From Takakia lepidozioides (Eukaryota > Plantae > Bryophyta), in the NCBI GenBank assembly GCA_030704615.1, contig CM060731.1:11904001-11968000 (forward strand): a DNA stretch of 64,000 nt, given 5' to 3'. Of the stretch, positions 62,806 to 64,000 are shown piece after piece (within the stretch, counting starts at the first letter, position 1; every line of letters starts with the position of its first letter). Both the position numbers and the translations under genes were made by a program. Under the pieces are notes generated by a model. The model was not told where the DNA came from, made no database searches, and saw nothing but the letters and a program-made list of their open reading frames with translations.

Positions 62806-63562
62806 TGTTATATCACAAAGATAGACATGTAACACCAGTAATGTCCAGTTCATTAACCTTTCCTATTTTCTTCCACACTTTCTAGACATTCGAACCCCTC
62901 CCTCCCCTTGCTTGTTAATAGACTGATCAATCAACAAATTCATTGTATAGAGCTTCATCCTGGTTAATGATTTCACTCAGTCCCCCAAATTCCAGTCCAA
63001 TCACCTCTATTGCAACTTGCAAATACCTCTCAAACAAGTTGTAAACGGACCTTCCTCTCCAATATACAGCATGACAAGGGCCAAAAGTTCATCAGGTGAA
63101 GGCTTTCAAAGACTAGTTACCAACACTTGACAACTTGCCCTTGCAGCATCTGTGCAAGTCAATACAGAAGTAAACAGCACAACTGCTTGCATCACACCAC
63201 CAGGCATAAAGAGGTCACCAACAGATTCTGAACGTGAAAAGCAAACCAGACACTTAATCACATCCCACAGGCACTGACATCATCTATATGTAAGTACAGA
63301 GTACCAACTCCAAGCCCTGCACTCAACATGTCTGACATCTACTGTGTTGTTCCAAGGGCTTTCCTTTCCACAGATTGGTGACCTATCCTAACAGGATGCA
63401 TAATCAGACAGAAAGTCTTTTAAAGTCAGTATTAGGCTGTGACCTTGTACCAGGAACATTCCAGCCTTGCAAGGTTTTCAGGACAACACCATGGACTAGC
63501 TCAAACCAATGGTGCCTGCATACTGTACTGGATTTTCAAGACCATGGTGTCTGCAAGACCAG

Positions 63563-64000
63563 TCAATAACCCATTCCACCTGTCTGATGAAGCATGGCAT
63601 CAATTTCATCACCGTCCTCCATGTCAAGCTGCCACGCCCAATAAAGCATCAGTCTCATGCATCACGTCACAAGCACATCAAGGCCGTCATATACCCATCA
63701 CAGGTCCAATCCAAACAGCAGCCCTAACAGCCACTTTTGGCAAGACCAGACATTTCAAAGACTGCCCTACATAATAAGCTTACACATATACCACTTTTAG
63801 CAGCTCAATGAGAATCCTATCAGCTTTGGAAGAACACAGAAGAAAAAGGAGCGAGGATAACCTCGGCAGGGGTCTGCTCAGCGCGAAGGCGTCTACCATC
63901 GAAAGGGAAGGCAACAGAGATGGGATCAACTGACTGACGGTCGCAGTACGCATGCATCAGCTTTCGAAGTGTGGCTGTGCTCTTAATCCTGAATAAAACC
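63563..64000 (-). CDS. SUMO1: Small ubiquitin-like modifier (SUMO1/2-type), last two exons (64000-63862, 63628-63563); 5' part outside the window; may be a pseudogene copy
   Basis: [46 protein letters not shown]|[25 protein letters not shown] intron, di-glycine intact. Confidence 0.88.

Overview
Eukaryotic nuclear DNA from a land plant, probably a non-seed plant such as a bryophyte (inferred from gene content, G-rich splice acceptors and TE types). Four spliced housekeeping genes appear intact: an SF1 helicase SMUBP-2/IGHMBP2 (+, 4613-11115), an EMB8/ABHD1-3-type alpha/beta hydrolase (-, 24529-15233, whose last intron holds a decayed Copia element), TOC34 (-, 30698-25824) and FAN1 nuclease (+, 31774-49109). 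The 3' part of a SUMO gene sits at the right edge and was missed by the ORF track. DXS, a BAHD acyltransferase and a kinesin-14 are present as pseudogenes or fragments. The rest is dense in mobile DNA: L1 fragments, solo LTRs, hAT and other MITEs, and a probable Helitron carrying the DXS fragment. Three observations stand out. (i) A non-L1 LINE family (family A, about 15 copies) ends in GTACATTCTCTC, inserts at AGA/TCT sites with 12-19 bp target-site duplications (TSDs), is often only 37-130 nt long and piles up head-to-tail with a second LINE family (B) inside FAN1 introns. (ii) A 160-nt, highly structured, (TC)n-tailed retroposed RNA with cUUCGg and GAAA tetraloops shows the same insertion signature. 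(iii) A retroelement-like fragment couples a chromodomain to a PCIF1-like adenine-methyltransferase-like domain. Exon boundaries were read by eye and may be off by a few bases. No database searches were run.
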